64,000 nt of DNA from Psilocybe cubensis (taxonomy: Eukaryota). This document shows, in pieces, positions 1-11,129 of the stretch (positions are counted from its first letter, which is position 1; the number at the start of each line of letters is the position of its first letter). The notes below the pieces were generated by a model that saw nothing but the letters and a program-made list of their open reading frames with translations, was not told the origin of the DNA and did no database searches. The DNA lies in contig CM039007.1 in assembly GCA_017499595.2 (NCBI GenBank), positions 2,914,001 through 2,978,000 of the forward strand, read 5' to 3'. The position numbers and the translations under genes are program-made.

Positions 1-175
1 ACCTGGAGGGAGCGGCGGGGGCCTGTGCGCGCCATTTACAATGGCAGCCGCGGCAGCGGTGAACGCGTCATAACTGGATCCAGTGAGGGCGGGCTTGGGC
101 ATATTGATACTGGGGAACCCATGTCGATATCGTGGCTTCTACCCGCTTCAGAATGCGTCTTCGTTTGGGCGTGGT
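1..175 (-). pseudogene. Degenerate fragment of a paralog of the PHD-SET gene (matches 14161-14333)
   Basis: Direct sequence match to 14161-14333 with mostly transition differences and a 2-bp insertion (atattgatac vs atcgatac). Similarity stops abruptly after ...gggcgtggt. The fragment probably continues upstream of the window. Confidence 0.85.
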
Positions 176-459
176 GAAAAGGATGATCCCAAAGCATTGT
201 CAAATGAGCATGTTCGATTATTTATACAAAAGGATACTCTGAAGCGGCTATCTAATGATTCCAACACAATTCATTCATTTTCCCAACATCTATGCTTGAT
301 TTAGTACACCGGACCGTTACTTGAAAATGTAGAGAATATATGTCGACCCATAAATTCCGAGACTGTATGCTTTAATCCTCCCCCAAGTTAACTTTCTCAC
401 GGCCCACAACTTTCAATTAACAAGTACAAATTTTGCCACCACACGATGAGCTAAACAAT

Positions 460-545
460 GCACTAACATAACCCTGAACGCACTGACACACCCTGACCAA
501 TTTATAGATCATTGGAAACATGCACTGATATTGCACTGACATTAC
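460..545. repeat. Short (TG)CACTGAC-motif repeat cluster
   Basis: cactaac / cactgac / ccctgac / tgcactgata / tgcactgac in tandem; same motif and orientation as the cluster at 5489-5550. Confidence 0.6.
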
Positions 546-643
546 TTGTTTTAGTGGGCCACCGCGGAGCGTGGCATGACGAGTCTTTACGATTCAGCGT
601 CATGCTTTGTAATAATATAATATATATATAATATAATATAAAT

Positions 644-1618
644 ATGTCCAACTTTGACGTGGATATCGGTGCAATGGACGAAGTGATATTCAGACTCCAA
701 GGCATAGTTAGCGACAAGATGCTACCACCAATGGCAAAGCCTGCTTCGTACGTCCACTCCATTGAGGTGAATTAATTACAAATGAGGACTGTTACAGCCG
801 CAACAGAACGGTCAAGCAACAACCATATTTACGTACCGCCATTGCTATCACGGGACTTGGAGACATTGTGTTCAATAAGGTGATGGAAAAGCTAGAAGAA
901 GTTTTCCTCCGTTTTGCAAACAATTTTCCCACGGACAGCGTCAGCGGCTATGACCCAGTTCTTCACAAAGACACGGGTTTCAATGTTTTCCATGCGCATA
1001 GCCAATATTTCACGAAGGTATCCGCATAACAAGACAAATCTGACAACATAGGTTTTCATCCCCTGGTCGACCCTGATAACGTGTTGGCATCCATGGTAGG
1101 GGACAGTTTCATCCACGCAATCGATAACAAGGTACAGTTTCTTCGTCGGGAGATACTTCCTGACGGAACAGCCAGGTATGTTTAGAAAATACCAACAACA
1201 CATCACAACCAAACTAATATCATGTTGCAACAGATATTATTCTTATAATCCTGCCTCCATACGAATTGGAGACATTGTCGAGATCAGTGTTGCCTTTGTT
1301 GCATTTCCTGCCCAAGGAAACAAGTACAAATTTGTTGTCGCTCTTCGCGGAATACTTGTCTTGGACCAGGAGGGAAGAGAGGTAAGCAATGTGACATTGA
1401 ACAGTCTCATAGCCATTCATAACTTCCAACAGAAAGCTGATATTCTCAGAATGCGGTCGCGCTATACTCCAGCGAAAAGACAGGTTGCTGTTTTGTGTAG
1501 GACAAAGAGGCAGCTGTACAAAGGTCAGATTGACATTGAAGACACGCAACAGAGGATGGCACGTATGCGCTTAAATGAGGACACAGTCCACAATAGCAAT
1601 ACTATATCCCAAGATTAA
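644..1618 (+). pseudogene. Spliced agaric hypothetical gene, possibly OB-fold/ssDNA-binding-like, with an in-frame stop
   Basis: Reconstructed exons MSNFDVDIGAMDEVIFRLQGIVSDKMLPP / ...ITGLGDIVF...YFTKVSA*QDK...VDPDNVL...DNKVQF / YYSYNPASIRIGDIVEISVAFVAFP...LRGILVLD, joined by GT-AG introns; TAA at 1027-1029. The fold assignment is inference. Confidence 0.55.
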
Positions 1619-1763
1619 TACATATGTACATAGAAAGACAAGGATATCATAAATGTGCTGAACAAACAATCAATCCATTTGCGTGAACATTGTAAATAAC
1701 AAGGAATAATTTGTCAAGTCATTTTCATGACAGAAATTATCTGAAGGTGTTAGTTGGCACCCC

Positions 1764-1875
1764 ATGGGAGAATTCTGCGTACACTGTACACAGAATATTC
1801 CCACACTCGGCTGAATATCGGGAGAGGTTGACCGTGGGAATATTCTGCGTACACTGTACGCAGGATATTCCCACG
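1764..1875. repeat. Two tandem ~41-bp hairpins (GTGGGAATATTCTGCGTACA-C-TGTACGCAGGATATTCCCAC)
   Basis: Near-perfect palindromes at 1764-1804 and 1833-1875, between two convergent gene ends. Confidence 0.85.
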
Positions 1876-1955
1876 CTCATCCGCAAGTCAAACTTACAAA
1901 TTAAGACAAAAAGAATGAGGACGAGAACACAAGTTTATTTCGAACAAAAATTTGA

Positions 1956-4808
1956 CTAAGGATGGAAGAAATTACAAATATCCATTCCACAAGAGGCTTT
2001 GTGGTTGAGGGCGATGCAACCAAAAAATATCTGCCTTTCTGGATAGCAAATACAAAACAGTTGCATGTACACGGTCATCTTTTTGCCTACATTACAGGAA
2101 TTAAATTGACAAATACTAAAACTAAAGAGCACACACCTTATACCCCTTTCCCAGGATTTGATAGCTTTTTTGACATGCTTGTGTAATTGGTAAACATCTG
2201 CCGCTGTGTAGTGAAAATCTAATGTGATACCGCTGATGCAACGGACACCAAAATGCAAACAATCAAATTCATTGAGCAACAATGCCCACGAATTGGCTTC
2301 AACAAAGGAAGTCTGATTTGCTTTGGGTAAAAGAGGCAAAGAATAAACCCAAAAATGCCTGTCGCCAACCCGTCTAATCCCAGGAGAGAACAACTCTGGA
2401 TAAGGATTGTAATCCAGCACAACAAGAACATGACCACAAGATGAACTATACCCAACATTTACGTTGTCCCTGATAGACTGTATCCTGCTTTGGATATGGC
2501 GGTCCATTTTCAAAGTTTGCAATGGAATGGAAAGAACAAATTTCAAGCCACGGGAATGATATTTTGCAAGAAATTTTTGCGCGTGCTTGAGGTCGGCAGA
2601 AGGTTGCAACAGAGAGACTTGATGTCCAAAGGTAGCATTTGGATACAAGCTGTACACCTTCTCAAAGGTAACAAAATTCATGACGCCGGCTGCAGTAGAA
2701 CAAAATTGAAGTTAACATTGTTTTGACACATGACATTGGGGACATACTGCTATGATACCCCAAAATGCACTCTACCACCAATTGACAAGTCGTAATCAGT
2801 TGGACAAAAGAACCTTGGCACCATAGGTTAACGACCACTCCAGTGGTATTGTAATGTCGATGAAGAGGATGTTTATCTGTGCTCGACATACATGTCCATG
2901 TCACCCGGAATCCATATATTAGCACAATTGATTATGAAACTTTATGTAAGTAAAGCAAGTTCTTTTATCCCCACAACCCACTGTACAAAAATATGTCCTT
3001 GCCAATTGTCCCCATCAGTAAATCATTGATGCCATCAAAATTGCGTGATTAATACCGGTTTTTTACTTAACCGGTATGCTTGACTTAATAATCGGTTACT
3101 ATCATAGAATTTCTGTTAGTTTTTGTTCCTACCAAGGGGATATGGAAATTAAAATACTAGATATTAGCTAGGTAGATAGGTTAGCAGCCATATGGTAGAA
3201 AACAAAATTAGATACCATTACATTATGACTTTTTAATTGCAAGTTAAACATTTTGACGCAGATAATCATCGCTCATAACCAAAAATTTTATAATAATGAC
3301 CTCATTCAACTGATTTAAGGCCATTAATTAGTCACAATCAATTACATACCAACTGTTTTGCATGCTTTATACACCTCTAACGGCAAGTAGAGGTAAATAG
3401 AATGCTTTATTGTTATCAAAAAAAATTTAGCATGAATGACTAGCAGACTGTGGTGGCATAGAATAAAGAATAATAAACATTATGTATCTAGCTATTATCT
3501 TTAATGCCACTTCAAATAACTTGTCATATTAAACTTGTTGTGCTGTTCATACTGGCCATGAATTAATAAGCAGACTGTGGGAATAACTTGCATATAGTGT
3601 ATGCAAGTTATTCTCATGGTTGCCGCACTTTGCATTGAGCAACTTGAACTTCTCTGGTAATTCCTGATATATTACTGAGATGCATTGCATATACTTTAGG
3701 TAAAATACAAGTATTTTTGGCAATAATAATTATTTTCAGTCCTAGTTTAGATGATCTTATTATATTTTACTTGCTGTGGTGTTTGTACTGGCCGTGAATT
3801 AATAAGCAGGTCGTGGGAATATCCTGCGCACACTGTACGCAGGATATTCCCACGGTCACTACACTCAATTTGCATTGAGCACTGGCCACTTTGGTCAAGA
3901 GATGGTCATTTTGAATAATGTTTTCCATGCATTGAATGTATTTTGGGGAAGAAATAATGCACTAACACTTGCAAATTGTGCTTGAAATATGTTTCCACAC
4001 AGCCAATTGTGTTCACAGCAACATCAAACTATACCAAAAAGAAATATGCGCACCAAACAAATGTTTTTGCACACAATATTGTTTCACTCTTGATGCACTT
4101 TTCAAAAATAAGAAAATTATATTTATGGGAAATATGTCCCCACTTGGGCAGCCATACACATGAGCATTCTTCCATCAGTTTTCCATACGGGATTCTCCCA
4201 GCAGATCTGGAATTCTTCAATATTTAGCAGGTATGAAAACTATAATAGACAAGTTCTTCCTTACAATTAGGCCTTATAACCTGTGCAGCTATTTTTTGTG
4301 TCTGACACAACTAAGCTTGTAGTAGACCTAAGTTATAGTAATTAATCATAACCTTGCCCAGTATCTGGCTGTGCATTCAGAACATATTAATATATATTAA
4401 CTATGTTATATAAATCTAGATTAAAAAATATTTTATACAATTGTGAGATGTAAAGTCTTGTCATGCCACACTTTGCGTTGGACCACTAAAACAAGTAAAA
4501 TGCAAAACGGTGGAACCTGAAATAACCAGGCCAGTCTTGAACTGGAGAAGACGAAACAGCAAATGTTTATTGGGTTTGAAGATAGGAGCAAATAAATTTT
4601 TGGGACGGAAGGCGCGGCGCATATAGCCCGAAACGCAGTTGTTTAGCTCCTTGCAAGTCCAAGAAAAACGGTAGAGCGTTTTCAGATCCATCTGATCCAT
4701 GTACACATTGTCCATGGGAGGCGGAAAGACTCTAAAAAATAAGTAATAACCAAATGAGATAAAACAGTGAACATACTATTGGAAACGGGGGGATAATGCG
4801 GAAGCCAT
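1956..4808 (-). pseudogene. F-box-like plus Pol-beta-type nucleotidyltransferase-like gene, split by ~1.5 kb AT-rich DNA and frameshifted
   Basis: N-terminal part (4461-4808): DLKTLYRFSWTCKEL...TGLVISGSTVLHF. It resumes near 2915 with WIPGDMDMYVEHR* (GS...DxD signature), then VQLITT...ILGYHS / VMNFVTFEKVYSLYP...KYHSRG. Confidence 0.6.
3535..3880. repeat. Two diverged direct repeat units, each containing the 41-bp hairpin (3577-3617, 3812-3854)
   Basis: tactggccatgaattaataagcagactgtgggaat vs tactggccgtgaattaataagcaggtcgtgggaat, each followed by the hairpin and tttgcattgagca. Confidence 0.8.
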
Positions 4809-5488
4809 GGGTAAAACAGTGCGGAGAAAAGTGCATTGTCTATACTATGTCAATAAATATATTAACCGTAAGCCGATAGACGCCCAACGTAGGGGAAGAA
4901 CAAATTGGTATGCGTGAGAAACGATCATGAATCAGAAAATCAAATTCAAATAGTACAGAACGCCCAGAACCCAAGAACGCGTAATTATTTCTATTTGAAC
5001 TCTGATTGATGAAGCTACCGATATCAAGGAACGTGTGTGCCTGCACAGTTCTATTTCCAACCTTTCAGACCCATAGTTCAAAGAGTGCATTTGTTCCATC
5101 TCTAAGTATTAGTACAATATATAAGCACGTTGGCTAGACGGTTCCACATGGTTTTAAAAATTAAACAACAACGCAAAAAAGTGAATTGAGTAGGACTATT
5201 GTTGTTGGGTATAATTAATTTTATGGAAACGCACATTCACATTGCGATCAAAACAAATCAAAAACAACCTTTAAAGTAACCAATGGTAAAAAGAAGTCGT
5301 AGAATGAATTGGAAAGGGGTTGCTTAGGGGGTCCGGTGACCGCTTAAGAAAAATACCGATAGCGGTAACGACATTGATCGCATCAATAATATTTTGATGG
5401 GGACAATTGGCGAGGACATTTTTGCTCGCTGGGTTGTGGGGATAAAAGAACTCATCTTTACTTACGTAAAGACTCGTAACTGCAGTTT

Positions 5489-5561
5489 GCACTCACATTA
5501 CTGCGGTATGCACTGACATGCACTGACCGCACTGACGTTGCACTGACATTTTCCAGTGCCC
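5489..5561. mobile_element. Putative right terminus of a DNA transposon: TGCACTGAC repeats followed by ATTTTCCAGTGCCC
   Basis: Four CACTGAC units then ...TGCCC, the same layout as the right end of the 29127-30658 element (TGCACTT repeats, T-tract, TGCCCC). No left end found in the window. Confidence 0.4.
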
Positions 5562-6858
5562 AGACTTACAATATCAAGTATACATACAAGGACTTGGGCA
5601 GCAATGAGCTTGGGCAGATGTCAGAAGCGCAACTGGCTGCGACAGGAATGACGAAGGAGGATGACTGGATGTATTGATCACAATCGTCAATTCTAACGGC
5701 ATATGAACGGTCATGGAGACGGGACCGGATCGTAGATGATGTGTGTACAATGAAGTTTCTTGGTTTGTAACCTTCCATATCTGCTATAAGCCTGTAGAGA
5801 GACATCTGAAAAGCTTTCCTTGAGTCATTTCTCGTGAACTGGAATGGAACACGGAAACTCACCATACACTTTAAGGCCAGGCAACACCCGGAAACCCTCT
5901 TAGGTTCTGGCGCGAATTCATCCAAAATGGTCCATCATAGTATCATCCTAAGCACTTCCATCGTCCTCCGTTGACCTCTCCATCACACAGCCCTACCACA
6001 TGTCTATATAATCTGAATATAGAAGGCGTGACCCACCAAAAGTGAGAATATGTGGAGAGGAGGTCACAGAGCACAAAAATAGCTTACGCCGTATATGCTG
6101 TTCCACTCACCCATCAAATAATCATCTGTTGTTCGATTTGTTGATAAACAATGCTTTTGTATAGTTGACCAGCAACAAACGTCCTGTAACAAACATCAAA
6201 GGGATGATCAACTATTTTTCGTTTTGTTGATTACTCGAGGTTATTAGTGTTTTGATATAATTGAACAACAACAAACTTCCTCTAACAAGCATCAAGGCGA
6301 CAGATATATACAGTATTATCAAGGAAAAAGTTCGTTCTCAAGCTTCATCAGATTAGTAACATTAGTTGGTGTTGATGGAATCGGGTTGATCAGGTGCATA
6401 TACTCTCGGTATTCCGAGTAATCGCCAACTCTGTGTCGGCAGACCGGACTGACTTTGATTCTGGCTTCTGAATCGGCTATAACTTGATGAACACACGGTA
6501 AGCGACCATCAGCGTCAAACGTTCGAGGAACAAGATTAACAAAAAGTGTTAAGAGCCATCAAAAGAATCATGGAGATGCACTTACAAAACATGTTTGTCT
6601 ACTCTCCAAGGCCTCCAACGACCAGGATATCCCGGTAGATCAAGGGGATGATTTCTGATGCCATGACGAGCGATAGTGAATTTTCCTTTAGCATATTTAT
6701 AGGCTTTGATCATTTTGTCCCTAGTGTAACAATGGCAAATGTAGGGTAGATTGTGGGAGTATCCGATGTATTCTGTCAGATTTCGATTTTTGCAGAGATA
6801 TATAAAGGAAGGAAGAATGAATGAGAATACCACATTGATTCAAGACCTCCAGAATAAC

Positions 6859-9800
6859 ATGCCTGCCCATTCTGATGTAATTATTCCTATCCCACAGGAC
6901 GTCAAAAAAGACCTTACATCTCTTCAATTCAATTCAACAATGGTTTTCAATTTTCTCACGGGTATGAATATCATAATTTTTCAAATTTATTAATTTCATT
7001 TTCACTCGAATTATTGTTGCAGGCGGATACACTTTGGTCTACGGGAGCACGGTATTTCTCTATAGTGCGTAAATGAGTCGATCCATTCATAATTCCTGCC
7101 AACTTTGCATTGAAAGTGTCTAAGAAACCAGCAGGAAAAAATACACTCTTTGTGCTACCTCTGATAACCATTCTCTACATATCGTCCTGGTATATATTTC
7201 TCCTGGAATGGATACTTGTGCTGCACAATTATGGGGTCTCTGTAGATGTCCCCAACATCACGGGGGTGGTACATGACATTGTTTTTTTTGCGAGAATGTT
7301 GATTGCAGACACATTGTTGGTACAGCCTTAGCTGCTAGTTGAAGCCTTCATATCTGGCAGTTGCCAGGTGTATGGGAAGTATCTACGCTGGCAACTGCCA
7401 GGTGCCACATTTGAAGTCTTCAGCTGGGCGATGGTCAATACAGCCAAACAAATCCCAAACACGGTGAGCGGGGCCCCGCCGGGCGCGAAAAATGGCGTAG
7501 CTCGTTGTTCGGGCGGCCGTTTGGGGCGGAAAAAAATGCGTCGGGGTCGGTTCGATGAGCAGACCACGTCGGCATTGTTTGCGCGACGTTATGGACAGCG
7601 GGCGGGGTGGATAGGGCGGGGCGACGTTGGATGACGCCCGCATTATTTCTGGGTGATTTCCCGATTCGGGTTGCAGATCATTGATGTATTGATGTAATCA
7701 AATTGATCATCACCATCAATCCCATCACGCCGCGGCCATCGATTCAGCCAGTGCATGCACCGTGCGCGCGCGCGTTGAAAACGCGCACTGCTCGTTGTCC
7801 CTTAGGTCTTTCGCGCAGAGACTTTACTATGAGACTTATAATATTGATAATAGAGTGATGTCCTGCGACGCCGTATGTTTACCAAATCAAACCAATGTGA
7901 TATCTAAAGGATTACAATGCATTATGCAACACAGCACCACCAGTATCTTTACATGTTTCGAGATAGTTGATGGACACGGCACATATTTTGAGTGACTATG
8001 GATTAGAAAACATAGTAATAAGATGATCAATGCATGAGTAATTTGGTAATACTTGTCAAACACAGTTCATGTGATGGCTTTTGATGAATGTTGCTACTGT
8101 TATATCCACTGGCACTTGTTGTGCCCTTCCTGTGCCACTCTGGATGCTATATGTGTTTGTATGTTGTTAAGAAAGTTTGACAATTATTGCTATATATGTA
8201 GATTCTTATGCACGACTGTAAAGCATCGGAAAGCTTGCTCGAGAACACTTTATTATCTCAATGTCTAAAAATAGCCACATTTCCGGACGCTCTTTCCACG
8301 TCAATTCCAAAAGTAAATATTCAATTGGGAAATATCCTCATGTTGAAGTTGCAAAAAAAATTATTGCTAAAATAATGTAAAATCATTCTATATCTAAAAA
8401 TGCCATGAAAAAAAAATAGATGCCCCAAAAGGTGTGCTTCAAGCTCGGAAGGTCGACCTCAGAAACTACTAAATCCATAAATTCATCCAACAAGATCACC
8501 TTGTAGGAAATTACAACACACGGTATAAAGTGTATATATTTCAATTCATTTTTAAACCAGCTACATGTTGGTATCTTTTTTTTGATGTAATCTTTAGAAT
8601 TGCTTTCAGAATTGCAAAATTACATAGAAAATTTTGAATCCGAGATCACCAAATTAGATTCCGGCACTGTATATGTGCTAAATATTGAGTGAGACAGCAA
8701 ATATAACACTGTTTTTGTCTATACTTCCAAGATGAATGCTCTGTAGAATAGGTTGGTTACTCATATGCCCTTTTATTTGATCTCGAGTTCATCAGAATGT
8801 GAAAGTAATCAGTGACCCCTTCTTTTTGCATCATTGATACTGTCAAAGTAGCAGCAATCCCATTTTACATTATATATTCTTACTATATATTGCTATATAT
8901 GATCACATAAACAAGATACAGGCCTCTAGTGACATTAGTAGCCTATAGGTTGTGCTAAATAAGTTGTCTACTCTGTGCTTCTGCCAATCAAGGTATCATA
9001 CCACTGTTTGCCCGAGCCTACTCAAGGTAATTACCACAGCAGACTGACTGAACTCTACAAATGTGGGTCAATATTACCACTCACCACTGTCACATGCCTG
9101 TATAGGTAACCTCTATGCTTTATCTGCGCTGCAAGAGCGCCGGGATAACGAGCAGTGCGCGTTTTCAACGCGCGCGCGCGCGCACGGTGTATGCGCTGGC
9201 TGAATCGATGGTCGCGGCGTGATGGGATTGATGGTGATGATCAATTTGATTACATCAATACATCAATGATCTGCAACCCGAATCGGGAAATCACCCAGAA
9301 ATAATGCGGGCGTCATCCAACGTCGCCCCGCCCCATCCACCCCGCCCGCTGTCCATAACGTCGCGCAAACAATGCCGACGTGGTCTGCTCATCGAACCGA
9401 CCCCGACGCATTTTTTTCCGCCCCAAACGGCCGCCCGAACAACGAGCTACGCCATTTTTCGCGCCCGGCGGGGCCCCGCTCACCGTGTTTGGGATTTGCT
9501 TGGCTGTATTGACCATCGCCCAGCTGAAGACTTCAAATGTGGCACCTGGCAGTTGCCAGCGTAGATACTTCCCATACACCTGGCAACTGCCAGGGTACGA
9601 AGACTTCAGGGCGCGACTACAGGTGGTTGGTAAGGATCCTATACATGGTAATCAATAAATCTCTGACCAGTGAGTTGGTGAGAATATTTAATCAGATATG
9701 GAGATGCTATCACGTTTTTGGAAGTTCAATACGAGCGATTGCCATCCCGTTGATTCTTTTTGTTATTGAATGTGGTGCGTTGGATGGCTAGCTTACCATC

Positions 9801-10451
9801 GCTTCTAGATTAATAAAATCGCTCATGCCAATTAGGCCTATACCTGCAACACGCAGTGTCATTGGTCAAGCAAAATGCTCAAGGTTTCGTTACACAGAGC
9901 CAGGCAGTCACCGCCAATGATATCATGGGAGCCCTGCTACTTATCTCCGTCGCAACGACTGCTTCAACCTCGTTTCTCATAGGATACAGAATACACACCG
10001 TATCAAAGGAACATACTCTGTCTTCCTCTTCCACACAGTCATTCCGACACATTGTTTTTATAGTCATCGAGTCAGCGGCGATATACACCATATTTCTCTT
10101 CACATTTGCTATCTTAGCTGTGCTCCCATCAATCCAATCCACGAAAAGTGTCTCGCTTCATGTGGCGCAATATCTTCAACAATTTATGCACTTCGCTACG
10201 GTAAGAACTATCAATTTTTGGTGATATCGTTGCTTGATATTATTTAATGTATGGTGTAACTTCAGGGTATAGCGCCGACGATCTTGGTTGCAAGAGTTTC
10301 CACGGCACAGATGAAAACCGAGGAGACTCGCGGCGGCTCAGACTTCCGTCATCATGCAACATCATCAAACAGACCACCCAATTCTCTCTTCAACGGAGCG
10401 GGTCCCAATGCCAATGACAAGCCGAAATCCAAAAATCTGGAATCTGATTAG
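6859..10451 (+). CDS. Multi-pass (about 7 TM) agaricomycete membrane protein, GPCR-like family; transposon inserted at a splice donor
   Basis: Spliced reading MPAHSDVIIP...FNFLT/GGYTLVYG...LIADTLL/IWRCYHVF...IESAAIY...FAT/GIAPTILVARV...LESD*; clearly paralogous to 21978-23239. Confidence 0.75.
7323..9625. mobile_element. 2.3-kb non-autonomous foldback DNA transposon: ~500-bp TIRs, CA...TG ends, 7-bp TSD GTTGGTA
   Basis: 7354-~7819 is the reverse complement of ~9123-9593. The outer ~30 bp are imperfectly inverted. GTTGGTA occurs at 7316-7322 and 9626-9632. The AT-rich core has no long ORF. CA..TG ends with a 7-bp TSD fit P or hAT. Confidence 0.85.
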
Positions 10452-10829
10452 GCAATTCAAACTGTAGAGAATCGGGGAGATAATTACGCAGAGTTGGTGG
10501 TGGTGCAAGAAATTTGGAAATTTGGTACCTCTCGAAATGTCTAGCAAACCAATCGACTCGATTGGTTTATGTTTATGTTTAGTATTTATTTTTTTGGTAA
10601 CTTTGAAGATGAAAATTTGGGCGTAGTGAGCTTTATAACATACCATCCGGCAATTCTAATTAAAGTGTAAGGCGCTCACACCACATCTCAATCAGCAACA
10701 GCAATGAATGCTTCAAAAAACAAAACAAGCCCGATACCAACCAATACCAACCATCACAAACTGTAAACTCAAAACCCCGAGCTGGAAGTTCCAAAAGAAA
10801 ATGGAATAAAGAAATAAAGATATCGATAA

Positions 10830-11110
10830 TTCGAACGAACAAACAAGTCGAAGTAGTATAGAGACAGAGACAGAGGGAGAGAGAAAACTGAGGACGATAG
10901 CAGATAAAAAAGAAAGAAAGAAAAACAAGTGGAAATAGGAAATAGAGTTATAAACCACTGAAAAATGTAGGCAAAAAAAGAGAGAAAAAGAGAACAAGGG
11001 AGAACAAAAGAGAACAAAAGAGAGAAAAAGAGAGAAGACAAAGAAAAGAGAAAAAAGAGAGAAACAGAGAAAAGTACTCCAAAAAACGATAAAACACACA
11101 AATATCACAT
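10830..11110. repeat. Purine-rich (GA/AAAG) low-complexity tract at the 3' end of the SET gene
   Basis: Runs of agagaaaaag/agaacaaaag; the hydrophobic ORFs predicted here are compositional artefacts. Confidence 0.8.
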
Positions 11111-11129
11111 ATCACATATCATCACCGTA

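Noticed and set aside
2924-4443. ACAATTG direct repeat as the TSD of the insert splitting the NTase-like gene
   Set aside because: No TIRs or Helitron ends are adjacent, and a 7-mer in AT-rich DNA can be chance; boundaries remain unresolved.
5566-6930. Minus-strand ORF fragments (MEVLRMIL*WTILDEF...; IGYSHNLPY...)
   Set aside because: Possibly pseudogene remnants, but no family or coherent gene model could be supported.
7328-9658. Paired ORFs (MYGKYLRW..., MRASSNVA...) present twice
   Set aside because: They are chance frames in the GC-rich TIRs and are mirrored only because the TIRs are.
10660-11108. Phe/Leu/Ser-rich membrane-protein-like ORFs
   Set aside because: They are the reverse complement of a GA-rich tract, probably 3' UTR.
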